Shown here: one piece after another, positions 24,878 through 36,299 of the stretch
Numbering within the stretch: the stretch's first letter is position 1
Layout of the letters: each line of letters starts with the position of its first letter
Assembly: GCF_041260155.1 (NCBI RefSeq)
Contig: NW_027248355.1
Location: forward strand, 2,580,078 to 2,644,077
Origin: Ptychodera flava
Taxonomy: Eukaryota
DNA: 64,000 nt
Reading direction: 5' to 3'
Program-made: the position numbers and the translations under genes
Notes under the pieces: model-generated
The model's input: only the letters and a program-made list of their open reading frames with translations
Told to the model about the DNA's origin: nothing
Database searches by the model: none

Positions 24878-27094
24878 CTAATAGGCCAACTGTAATTTGG
24901 GAGCATAGCCTTTCCTCCTCCTCTCATCTTTTAACCAAACGAATTCTCCCACCTTATAGTTATAAGTAGTCGCAAAACGATCGTACAGACGTTTCTGTTG
25001 GCGAGCAGTGACTTTCAATTGCTCTCTTGCATGTGCATGTGCTTGTTCTAATTTATCCCTTAAATTGGCCACATACTCAGAGCTAACCTCCCCTTCAGGT
25101 ATGTCTACAGGTACCAATGCCATATCCAATGGGTAGTGCAACTCTCTCCCTAACATCATCATGTTAGGAGTTTCTCCTGTAGATGGGTGTACACTACTGC
25201 GGTATGCAAAGGTGGCTAAACTGATGTTCTCGTCCCAGTCAGTTTGGTGTTGCAAGGGGTCCATATAAGCTCTAATATAGCGTACAACTGTGTGGTTAAA
25301 ACGCTCCACCTGCCCGTCACTCTGCAGGTGGCGTGGCGTGGTAAATGTCTTGTTAACCCCAAGCAAATCACACACTTCTTTGAATACATTGGAAACGAAG
25401 TTCCGGCCAAGGTCACTGTGACATTCGAGAGGCATACCAAACCGACTGAGAAAGTTGCCAAGCAACACCTTTGCAACCGTAGGAGCCTCCTCATTGGGAA
25501 TGGGGTAAGCTTCCATCCACTTGGTGAAGTAATCACCAAGTACCAAAATCTTTTTATTACCCCTGCTACTCTCGGGAAAGGGTCCCACTACATCAATTGC
25601 TATACGTTCAAGGGGTGCTCCGACAACGTAGGTCTTTAGTGGCGCCCTCCTTTTCCCTGTGATTAGTTTATTTTTAGCACATACATCACATTTTCGAATA
25701 TGACTCCGCACGTCCACAGACATCCCAAACCAAAAGTACTTGAGCCTGATTTTCGCGAGGGTTCGGCCAATACCTGCATGGCCTCCAAACTTGCTATCAT
25801 GAAATGTCTCTAACACAAGGGGTATGAAGGCCTTTGGCAAGATGATCTGCCACCTTACCATTCTTCCGTCAGCTGCTTCCCAAAGCTTATATAGTATTCC
25901 ATTATGTACCCTGAGTTGGGAGTATTGGGACCAATAGGTTTTGAGGGCTGGTGATCTATGGGAAATGTCCTCCCACGCTGGTCGAGTTTCACCACTCTCC
26001 ACCATCCTCATTATCAAACCTATATTTGAGTCTTCCAATTGTTGCTCCCTTAACTCAGCCATTGACCACAATACCTCATGCTCAATGTTTCTTTCGCTAT
26101 CTAAGCTAAGTTCCGCCTCCTGTTGCTCGGGCTGAGCAACAGGGGACTTCGTGGTTACCTTATGTACATCACACCTATGTGGATGGAGGCGTCCCTCCAT
26201 CCTAGGCCACCCATCAATCGAGTGATTGGGATTTTTCTCCACCTTGGAAGACTTTTTGCTGTTCTCAGCAATCTTGGCAGTAGAAGAGTCTTGCTGTGCT
26301 GTTTCGCATGACTCAAACTCTGACCGATTAGTTACCCTTGCGTTAATGTGTGTGTCTTTGTGATGCTCTCTACCACATTGCTTACAGTACTCGACTGGTA
26401 CACGACTCAGAGCATCTGCATTCAGATGCTTCTTACCAGGCCTATGTTCTATCTTAAATTTGTACTGACCTAAAAGTTCTATCCAGCGGGCTAATTGCCC
26501 CTCAGGGTTCTTAAACCGCAATAACCAGACCAACGAGGCATGATCTGTCCGAATTGTAAACTCTCTACCGAGCAAGTAGTGTCTAAAATATTTCACGTAT
26601 TCCACATCCGCTAACAGTTCTTTTCGTGTTACGCAATAATTTCTTTCGGTTTTACCTAGGACCTTGCTCGCATAACAGATGGGTCGTTCTACCCCCTCAT
26701 GCATTTGACTCAGTACAGCACCTATACCGACTTTGCTAGCATCCGTATCTAGGATGAAATCTCCTTCTGCAGACGGGAAGGCCAATACTGGCGAGGTTGT
26801 TAATATTTGCTTGAGTCGATCAAAAGCGTCTTGGCATTCAGATGACCAGATAAAATGAGCATTTTTCTTGGTCAGCTCATTGAGTGGTTTTGCTATAGAA
26901 GCAAAGTCTTTTATGAACCGTCTGTAGTAAGATGCCAATCCGTAAAAACTGCGCACCTCTGATACGGTGGTTGGCACCGGCCAGTTGCAAATAGATGCAA
27001 TTTTCTTGGGGTCAATGGAAACGCCCTCTTTTGAAAATCTGTGGCCCAAAAACTCGACCTGCTCGGCAAAAAGCACACATTTCTTTGCTTTCAA
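24878..27094 (-). CDS. pol segment: RT thumb, RNase H (..YASKVLGKTERNYCVTRKELLA..) and integrase (HHCC finger H..H..CDVCAKNK, then DDE core ..LGDYFTKW..SDLGRNF..QSDGQVER)
   Basis: 738-aa ORF with these motifs. The integrase C-terminus (GPYLVIGK..) continues in another frame, and a further 172-aa ORF lies at 24231-24749. Confidence 0.85.
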   Translation of the reverse strand: MKAKKCVLFAEQVEFLGHRFSKEGVSIDPKKIASICNWPVPTTVSEVRSFYGLASYYRRFIKDFASIAKPLNELTKKNAHFIWSSECQDAFDRLKQILTTSPVLAFPSAEGDFILDTDASKVGIGAVLSQMHEGVERPICYASKVLGKTERNYCVTRKELLADVEYVKYFRHYLLGREFTIRTDHASLVWLLRFKNPEGQLARWIELLGQYKFKIEHRPGKKHLNADALSRVPVEYCKQCGREHHKDTHINARVTNRSEFESCETAQQDSSTAKIAENSKKSSKVEKNPNHSIDGWPRMEGRLHPHRCDVHKVTTKSPVAQPEQQEAELSLDSERNIEHEVLWSMAELREQQLEDSNIGLIMRMVESGETRPAWEDISHRSPALKTYWSQYSQLRVHNGILYKLWEAADGRMVRWQIILPKAFIPLVLETFHDSKFGGHAGIGRTLAKIRLKYFWFGMSVDVRSHIRKCDVCAKNKLITGKRRAPLKTYVVGAPLERIAIDVVGPFPESSRGNKKILVLGDYFTKWMEAYPIPNEEAPTVAKVLLGNFLSRFGMPLECHSDLGRNFVSNVFKEVCDLLGVNKTFTTPRHLQSDGQVERFNHTVVRYIRAYMDPLQHQTDWDENISLATFAYRSSVHPSTGETPNMMMLGRELHYPLDMALVPVDIPEGEVSSEYVANLRDKLEQAHAHAREQLKVTARQQKRLYDRFATTYNYKVGEFVWLKDERRRKGYAPKLQLAY

Positions 27095-27300
27095 TTACAA
27101 CCCAGCTCCCTTCAGTTTATCAAACACCAACTGCAGTCGGTTTAGCTCTTCCTCAAATGAACTAGCAAAAGCAATCAAGTCATCCAGATACAATAAACAA
27201 ATTTCCCATTACAAATCGTAAAATACCTTCTCCATTAATTTTTGAAATGTGCCGATACCCATGGGCATAACTGTCCATTTCAGAAGTCTACCAGATGGCG

Positions 27301-28653
27301 TCATGATTGCCATTTCTTTCTGCTTGCCTCATCCAGAGCAACCTGATAAAAGCCGCTACAAAGGTCAAGGCAACTGAAAAAGCGTGCTCCACCCAGACTT
27401 TCCAAATTGTCTTGTATACGGGGCAAAGGATAAGCGTTTACAAGGGTTACTGCATTCAGACGACGGAAATCACAAACCAGACGAAATGAGGAATCTTTCT
27501 TAGCTACAAGTAGACATGGGCTGCTCCATGGGGAATCACTTTCTACCAACAGCCCCTTGTCAACAAATGTTTGTATCTGCTTATCAATCTCTGCTTTCTT
27601 CCAAAATGGAGCACGATATGGAAGTGATTTTATGGGTTTCTCAGTTGTCGTCGGGATATGATGTTCCACTACATGTGTCTTCCCCAAATCTGTCGGGTCT
27701 TTGCTGAAGACATCAGCATTCTTAACCAACAAATCAAATACTGACTGCCTTTGTTTATCTGAAGTTAAGTGTTGGACACTGCATTCATATAGATCCCTTT
27801 GATAGTCAGGCATTATGCCACTTTGGCCAGCAGTTATTTTATTGACTGACGGAGGTATTGTGTGCTCACTATGTTTACCCAAAGCAGGGGAGGACTCGAT
27901 ATCAAAATTAACAGTTTTGTCCATTCTTAACAAACCCAAACACTGTCCTTTTTTAACCTCGATGTCTTGGTTACTGAGATTTATAACCCGCACGGCGTGT
28001 AATTTACTTCCCACTTGACTGAGGGACCCTGCCCCCATTAGTCCTACTTTATTCAACTGCACTGGTGTCACCAAAGCTGTTATTTCCGAGAAGTTATTCT
28101 CGATATCATAACCTAACGTACCACCTGATTTTTCACTTTTACAAAACTGTCGACCCCCATACAAGTTGTAACCAAATTCAGCGACGCGAGGGGTTCTACT
28201 CATACGAGACATGATAATGGCTTCATGCCCGGCCGGAACAGATTCAGCCCAGTTTGCTTGCAACCGACAACAGAAAGGTTTTACATCTTCGTGAACAGTT
28301 TCCACAAGTTTGTTTCCTACCATTACTGTACCGTTTTGGAGGTCTAAACAACAATCAAATTCCCTTAAAAGATTCATACCCAGAATGCCCGCAGATCCAT
28401 TCAAAGATTCGGCTATTAAGATGGGTACGACACCTTGCCTGCCCCCTATTTCTGCTTTGATTAAAGCTTCACCCCATAGAGATACCCTGGACCCGTCCAC
28501 CTGTATTAAACATGTACCAGAATCTGTCACCTGAGGGCGTTCATTCTTTGGAATAAGTTCGAAAAAATCTTTAGATATTACGCTGTGTGTTGAACCAGTG
28601 TCGACAAGACACTTTTGTGTTACTCCCTGAAAAGTGACATCAACCAGTAACAT
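27301..28653 (-). CDS. pol segment: aspartic protease (LVDTGSTHSVIS) and the N-terminal part of RT (..FFSCLDLCSGFYQVALDE..)
   Basis: Both the DTGS motif and the RT motif of gypsy-type RTs are present. The frame breaks at ~27300, and the following ~200 nt (YLDD region) contain two in-frame TAA codons. Confidence 0.8.
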   Translation of the reverse strand: MLLVDVTFQGVTQKCLVDTGSTHSVISKDFFELIPKNERPQVTDSGTCLIQVDGSRVSLWGEALIKAEIGGRQGVVPILIAESLNGSAGILGMNLLREFDCCLDLQNGTVMVGNKLVETVHEDVKPFCCRLQANWAESVPAGHEAIIMSRMSRTPRVAEFGYNLYGGRQFCKSEKSGGTLGYDIENNFSEITALVTPVQLNKVGLMGAGSLSQVGSKLHAVRVINLSNQDIEVKKGQCLGLLRMDKTVNFDIESSPALGKHSEHTIPPSVNKITAGQSGIMPDYQRDLYECSVQHLTSDKQRQSVFDLLVKNADVFSKDPTDLGKTHVVEHHIPTTTEKPIKSLPYRAPFWKKAEIDKQIQTFVDKGLLVESDSPWSSPCLLVAKKDSSFRLVCDFRRLNAVTLVNAYPLPRIQDNLESLGGARFFSCLDLCSGFYQVALDEASRKKWQS

Positions 28654-28994
28654 GCTTATAGACTGTTCATTATTACCAAGATGTGAATGACCCAGTGCGA
28701 CTACAGGTTCGTGACCTTTGACTGGAGAACTGTCTCCAGGTTCAGACGAAAAATGCGTAGTATCAGCGGTGACAATTTCTGTTTGAGAAGAAGAGTTCTT
28801 TGTTACGGTATTAGTTTTCGGGAAAAGAGGTGTAGCACTGTATTGCTTGGGCTGTCGGCTTTTACCGACTTTCTTACTTTTACTTTCAGCAGGTACAGTG
28901 ATATGAGGTTTTATGACAGAATTAGAACTGTTCGTCGGTTTCTTACTAGCTCGATCTATTCCGGCCCTTTCTACAGTTTTACTGTGTGACTGTT

Positions 28995-30361
28995 TTATTC
29001 GGGTTGGAAGCCGGCCGGCTCTCCCAACCCTTTGGAGTTTGACGACTGCCCTTTCACATCAGACTGACTGGCTTTGTATTGAGGACATTGAACTTTTCGA
29101 TGTCCTTCAACTCCACAAATCCAGCATACAAGTTTCTTTCGGTTTCCCGATTTTGCTGACTGTGCAGCTTCTAACCGTTCCAAACGATCGAGTATTTGTA
29201 ATAACACGTCATCAGTAACTTTCGCTTGCACTTTACGTTCAACATCATCACCGACACTTGTGGCCCGAATGTTAGCAGACTTTCCTTTACCTTGACAAAA
29301 TTTCTGGAAACTTTCCTCGCATTGCGCTTCATGAACAACACTTTCTAGGGTAGCATCTTTTTTTCTACCCGCTTCACTTATTTTATGTTGAATAGCTACA
29401 TCTTTCACAGCCATCATCAAGCTATCAATACAGAGGCGATCCAGACATTCACCAGTAGCACTCGGATATGCTTTGATCATCATTTCTCTAATTTCCTGGG
29501 CCAAATCTTGTAATGACTGATCTTTCTTTCGCACAATAGTTTTGACCTGCAGACGGAAATCATATCATCTGCAAACCCACTAAGTGAGAACCGTTTTAGA
29601 AGCAACTTACATAAACCGTCATAGGTATCTATGTCTTGCCCACAATGAGCTGCAAATTGTAAAGCACGGCCCCTCAGTTTAGTCAACAACATGTTGTACC
29701 GTTGTTCTGAATTCCAATGATTGACTTTCGCACAAATATCAAAGTGAACCCGATAATTGGCAAAGTCTGATTCGCCAGTAAAGTTATCTACCTTGGCACT
29801 GTCTTTGCCAGCCGTAGGAAAGCTTTGCCCAGGAGAGCACATGTCTGGACTGTCGCGTGTAGCAACAATAGGAGTCATGTCCGCTCCCCTTGTCTGGCAA
29901 CTCTCGTTGCTACGCAATAAACTTCTCCCTCTACCGATAGGCAAATATTCTCTCCTTGCGTCTCTCACGCCAAGACGGTAATAAGGGCTAGCGAGGCTAG
30001 ATTTAGCGGGAGTAGCACCCACGTCTCCTGCTTCACCCTGACCGCACGGAGAAACACTTTTCTGAACCGTAGACGTGAAATTGCCGCTGCGATTAGTAGA
30101 CGCCGTGTTGAAACCACTGTCAACACTATGCATATCACCCCCAAGGGAGAATGGAATAGCCTGCTCTGTGTGCTGTACACGAGGCTTGATGACTACTCCA
30201 TCAGGTGACATAAGAGGCGACAAATCTTTGTCTCCCTCAGTCTTTCGTTCGGAACGAATATTAGTCAACTGAGTTTGATTCGCATTTGATGCCAGTAATT
30301 CCATTTTACCTGCGGGCTGACCGCGAGGAAATGAAATCTCACTGTCCACAAAACTTTCCAT
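28995..30361 (-). CDS. gag region in two overlapping frames (29480-30361 and 28995-29534), with a CCHC zinc knuckle CWICGVEGHRKVQC
   Basis: ORFs MESFVDSE... and ...CWICGVEGHRKVQCPQ overlap by 55 nt in different frames, which points to a frameshift. Confidence 0.7.
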
Positions 30362-30557
30362 CTCAGTAAAAGACTATTAAGAACACCTGCGAACACAGCT
30401 CTGAAAAGTACAACAATAGAACTATTGTTTGATCATAAAAAGTTGCAAACTTGATACCAACACGATATACAATGTATTATCGATTTTTCGAACACGAACA
30501 CGAGCAGAAATCAACGCCAATGACCCAATTTTATATCCCGCAAAAGCTGCCACCAGT

Positions 30558-31147
30558 TGTAACGAAATCCTCTTAATTACCAGAATACGTGAGGACAATA
30601 CTCTCAGAAATCTGTAGTGTGGTAACGTGAACGGGCTTCTGAATGACGTCCGGCACTGAGGTGTTCGACTTGTGCGTGGACAGAACACGCACGTATAAAA
30701 CTGGGTCTAGAGAGGCGACTGAACGCACGCCTTGACTCAGGCGAAACCAACAACAAAAAGAGAACCTGAGAAAACTAACTTGGTATACCTGTAAATCTGG
30801 CACCTCAGCCTCACGGAGGCTTACTAAGAGTAGCAAGAAGTATGATTTAACGCAAAATAGAAGGAAATAGAGGTAGCCAAGAGGTTAGATCAGGAGAGCA
30901 CAGACATGCACTGCTCACTGCAGGACGGCTACCTCCAGAGTGTCCCAGCCGGAGGATGGGTTGCCTATGGTTACCATGGACATGTGACTAAAACCCCGCC
31001 CCTAATTTGGTGACTGACATACACGGGAACGCCCCATCTGAAAATCAGGGATATTGCCTATTTTCTCAACCACCTGCAAATTCAAAGTAGGGACCCATCC
31101 GCACCAACGGGCTCCAAGGGCGATTTTGTGTCCAGTATTTCATGACA
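30558..31147 (-). repeat. 5' LTR of the gypsy element
   Basis: Aligns with 22846-23461 (about 6 substitutions; LTR1 carries an extra 28-bp insertion). Confidence 0.9.
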
Positions 31148-34100
31148 ATATGGTCAACAGCTCCCAGGAGCCGAATGATATAATCCACTGACACCTTACG
31201 ATGCCGTGAAAGAGAAAAACGAACGTATAAAAGAATACAGGTTGAATCTGAGGTTGACGTTAAAAACTGTCTCTTCAATTATTTGAGTACAGCATGGCTC
31301 TTTCCAATGTTCAAGGGATTGAAAAATACTCACCATCGTTTACTTCTTTCTCGTTTCTAAGGCGGCAGAACGGAACAAGAAAAACTAGGGATTGACGCCC
31401 GACTAAAGTTTGTGAAGAGTGCACCTCAACGAGTGGACTAGCAAGCACATTAGGGGCACATTTATGCATTTCATGAACAATTACTTATTTTTTACTACCA
31501 GCTTTTTTGTTAATTCCATTTGACAGAATAACAGGAATCTTTATGTGTCCATTGTCTTCAATACAATGTCGGAATTTGCATCTCCATTTGATGTTTCACG
31601 AACTCCATTTGACACGTCCCGTTAAAAGTAATCTTCGTCCATTGTCATAAAGTAAAGATCGGAATGTACATGCCCATTCACAATCTCATTATCCCATTCT
31701 AGCGTTCATTAATGTTACAAAGAAAATGATCTTTTACACAGAAAACAATATACCGGTAATTTCAAAAGGCTATCGTAAGATCGATATGTGGAGTGTATGG
31801 TCATTAACACTATGAAGTCTTTTGTTCTCACTGGAAATTTCAAACACCTGATGGGTAAATCTGATTTTCTAGTGACACTGCGACTTTCTGGACTGTTCAT
31901 TAGTTTCTTTCGACCGTTTCTTAATCATTGATTATTTTTTACCGTCCTGGTGCTGTGTGCACTTGGCACAGCTGCTAAAACCATGCAAACTTATATGTGA
32001 GAAATAATGACAAATAATTCTCAATATTTGGCAGAAAGAAATGATGCTGCCTTAATAGGTTGAAAAACTTAATGCGTCGCTGCTTTTGAGATGGAAAATT
32101 GACAATGATTCCATAATGGCTTTGAGCTTTACTTCAAAGTTTTGTATGGATTGGTATTGATATATATTATTACGATAATTACTTTTTCCTTGCAAGTAGA
32201 AATAAGAATGTGTGATTAACAGTGTTTTTCTTGATTCGGAAGGCCTGTCATCCATGCAGAGTCTGTTGATGAACCAAATGAGTTGTTGATAAAACTTAAT
32301 CAATTGCGTCTTGGAACGATAATCAATAAAATTAAAAGTTAATATGATCCAACAACAAACAGATTATTTGAAATATGGAAGAAAAAATTCATGTACGATC
32401 GATGACTTTCTCGTAATTCAAACTCTGTTAATGAGTACGTCATCGGCTAACAATAGGCCTCGTCATGACATACAGAAAGCAACAACAATTTTCTTGATAA
32501 GAACAAATAAAACTGGAATGGCAACCTTGTTATTTATTTCATGTTGTGTAACCTGTTCAGGGTCAGATAACTACAATAATGAATATTGATGTTGGGTAGC
32601 TGTGACCTGGAACCATCGATCGCCGACCTTGGCAATGCACTTGGAACGACATATGGTTTTAATGCACGTTTTAACCTGAGTAAATGACATTCTTACCAGC
32701 CAGGTCTATACATTTATTTAGTTAGCTGAAGAACGATTATTGGCTTTGCGTCAAAATAATTTAACTTTGGCAAGGAAATCATTATGTTGTCATCTTTTTA
32801 AATAAACATGTTAATGTATTGCTTACATTTGCATCCTGTTCATATATCAGAGTTAAAATTCACTTACGTTCATCTAGGTATGCCTCACAAAACACTAGAA
32901 GCAGTATGAGCACATATCTAGTCCAATAGCATTGTTTAGTTTTCAAGACAAGAGGAAAACCCTCCATAGGCCAAAAGTGCCACCCCATTTTCTTTTACAA
33001 TACACTTTCTGATTCACCACAATAAGCATCCCTTATTTTCCGAATAACCACGTTAAAATGATATTACTTTTGATAAATTTGGAAAAAAAACATCTCAAAT
33101 AATCTATTATATTGTATAATGAGAGGAAAGTATAAAATAGAAGACGTCGGTTTAATGAAAGTAATCAAAGATATATGTATTTAATTCTCTGAGCACGTAA
33201 GAGCAAAACACATATTGTGGGAGTTTATGAATGAAACCTAAAATTGCTGGATTCTAATTCCACCACAATTACAATAGCTGCTCGTGAATATTCAATAGAT
33301 TGCTTATTGTATACCGTGACAATGCATTCTTTGGAGTGAATCTAATTAAAACCATTTTTCGGTTATGGATTTATAATCGCTTTCTGCACTATTGCTTGAT
33401 CAAAGCAAATCACGAACGTAATGTATAGTGGTTTTTTAGTATCATTTTTGCCAAGCACAGATCTATAAATCTTCATTATCTAAATGTCTACATTGGCACA
33501 TATATGTGATAGTCACATTCCAAACGTTTGGCAATAACGTGGAGTATTTTGTGTGTGTTTTCAAATGATCCCAACATTGCATAGATTGTCTACTGAACAT
33601 GTGTAGAAACCAGTAAAATAAACAAATTTGCTGAGACAAGCGTTATTAAGGAAAAGTGTCTAAAATATTGGTTTCAACGAATTTTTACGCAAACGAGACA
33701 TCAAACTGCTGTAAACAATGACATTATCTGAAAACATTTTTCTCCTCACTATATTTATTTTTTGTCGAATCTGTGTAACGACAAAGTCTATGAATAATTC
33801 ATAAACTTACTATTTAAAACATCTTATATCAAGCTACAACAAAACCCTGTTTACTCCACTTCACAAGAGAAAGTCAATGTTAAACTGTTGTCTTAGCTTT
33901 TACAATCAAAACAGTAAAATGTATTGAAATACGGTCACTTCGTAAGTCGTATCTCGCTTAAATTGTTGTCTCCACCACAAAACCGGAAAGCCAAGAAGTT
34001 GCATTGATCATTTTCAAATTCGGAGTGGTTAATGTGTGCCAATTTGACATTCTCGCCAACCATGGTTTTTCGTGGTACATCTATAAGCTATTCTCTCCGT

Positions 34101-36299
34101 CAAGTGTGACTCGGTTAAACATGTGTGAGCTCACAACAGTTTACAATATGCATAAGAGGTCACTAGTATCGTATACAGTCAACGACTATTCCTAACTTCA
34201 CTGCTGACTTTCAATGATAGTTTGGTCATAGGTAACTGTGTTTTGGTTGACGAATATTTATACAGATAATCGGGTGATGCATTATCGAATGCGTTTTCCC
34301 CCAAAAGCAGTGAAAGTGGGGCCAACCTGTGACCAAGTTCATATCAGTGCACACTTCACGGTACAGCGTAACAAATTATTGGAATAGAAACGGCACTATG
34401 GTTTTATGCAGTTCAGGAAATGATTTCCTTTACTTAAGTACCTGGTCTTAGACAACTGTATAAAGCTAAATTCTGAAGAAAGTTGTTGCTTTTTAGCGAC
34501 AATGAGATGCTTTGTTCAACTTCGAACTGGTGATAATAATCAAATAGACAAAATAGACAAAAAGACGTTGTCTGTGTAATAATAAAGTACTATTTTGCCT
34601 CTACCCCACGGCCCAAAGCCGTGGCACTATTCAACATGTGGGTGTGGGCCATTCGCATTATTAATGAATACGTCCAAATGGATATGGTGTCCTAAAATGT
34701 TTAAATAATTGTTGCCAAAATCAATTGCTTCGAGTTATACAGGACCATATATCGATAAAATCCTAGGGTACAAGCAGATATAAGCCATGAGATAAACTGA
34801 TGAATGTTTGCCAAAATCTGTATCACTTGGAAGGCACGTGCCCTGTACCAGAGTCGCATTTCACATCAAAACATAACGCATTAAAACCGAATTCTTGGCG
34901 TCCTTAACGCGGAATATGACTTGAGAATAGTTTTTAACCACACCGAAATAATGCAAAAACGACGTTTCACTGCAGGTTTCCGATTTCGCTTCAGCCAAAC
35001 TCAACTTGCTTATTTGCATTGACGCTTATACATGACCTACTTACACAATATTCAGTTTCAAGTCTCCTCATAGGCTAAAAATGCCATGGAAATACCAAGC
35101 TTACGCGTGACCCTTTACCGGGTGATGTAAAACTGTTTCTAAGAACCTACTATAGTAAAATTGGTTTTCTTTGTTTCCATGAATGCTTTGCAAAGCAAAG
35201 TATCACGATGTGTGCTCATCTGCATGTCGAACGTGCAATTTTGTTTCACCGATTTTTTTCTTTGCTAACATTTTTCATCAAAGCTCAAAATCGCTCCATA
35301 ACAACTAAGCATACACTTTGTGAAATGATATTCACACGACCAGATTAGAAGTAAAAAAAACTGTACCGTAAATTTGGCAAATGACTTGAAGAAGCGTAAC
35401 AAGGGTTCTACCATGGACTTAACGTCCATTATTATACCCACGCCATGCTGCTGTCAAATAATAGATCGATCAATAAGTCGAACCCCGTAGTCGCTGTACG
35501 AAATGTTATGCTGGTTAAAGTGCCCATGACATGCCCAAACAGCCTCGCATCGGTGTCGCGGCGTCACATGATACGCGAACGGCTGATCGCCGCGCCGATC
35601 GAGTAAATCATGGTCCATTTTAAACTGACAAAAAACAATAGAAATTTTCTGCATGTTCACACCTTTACAGAAGTATTTATTCAGGGCAGCTTTAGCACTC
35701 GAATAATAATAGAACGGTACCGTAATGACCTTTCACCTTTTTGGTTGAGAGAGTAGAGAGGGACTGGTTTCATACAAACACTATCCTATTATCAGTTTGG
35801 TCCCTAACAACTTGGGCCCTGCAGCGAACTCGAAACTCCAATCCAAACCCCCACCCCCATGTCGCCTCGTCAAATCTTGTGATGTAAATGTATGATTAAA
35901 ATAGCGAACATTCGACCTCTAAACTAAGGGAATACAGGAAAATGCGCTAAAAAATGTTACTGCTCAATTCAAAAATGCATGAACACAAACGATCAATTTA
36001 GGTTGTCGATTATCGGCCGAGGCCTACAGTGTGTACAATCTGGCGTCGTTCACATAAGTGAAGTTTTGAATGACCGCTATACTGTGCAGCGAAAAGTCCG
36101 TGAAGCGCCTCTGTTCACGAAACGAGATGGAGTGGAGTTCTTATCGCTATCAAGAGTGAATTTCCATCGCTGAGACGACCTGATCTAGAAAGATGGTCTT
36201 TGAATTCGTCAAAGTCGGAACTGTTTACTAACGTTTTTTATTCATGAACATGGCCTTTTCCGAGTAAATACTGAAAATATTTGTAACAATCATATAGTA

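Larger units (their letters stand above)
22846..31147 (-). mobile_element. Ty3/gypsy (Metaviridae-type) LTR retrotransposon, 8.3 kb: gag - protease - RT - RNase H - integrase, with several inactivating lesions
   Basis: Two ~600-bp direct LTRs (TG...CA) are ~99% identical. A PBS TGGTGGCAGC lies 2 nt inside the 5' LTR (30544-30555). A PPT GGCGGGGGGAG abuts the 3' LTR (23463-23476). ATAT is present on both flanks (possible 4-bp TSD). Domain order is PR (DTGS), RT (YLDD), RH, IN (HHCC + DDE). The uninterrupted paralogous site is visible in unit A near 11600. Confidence 0.9.

Noticed and set aside
25216-28534. Multiple 60-130 aa plus-strand ORFs inside the retrotransposon (for example 25244-25639, 28310-28534)
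   Set aside because: They are antisense to the gag-pol coding region and have no motifs. They are typical chance ORFs opposite a long coding frame.
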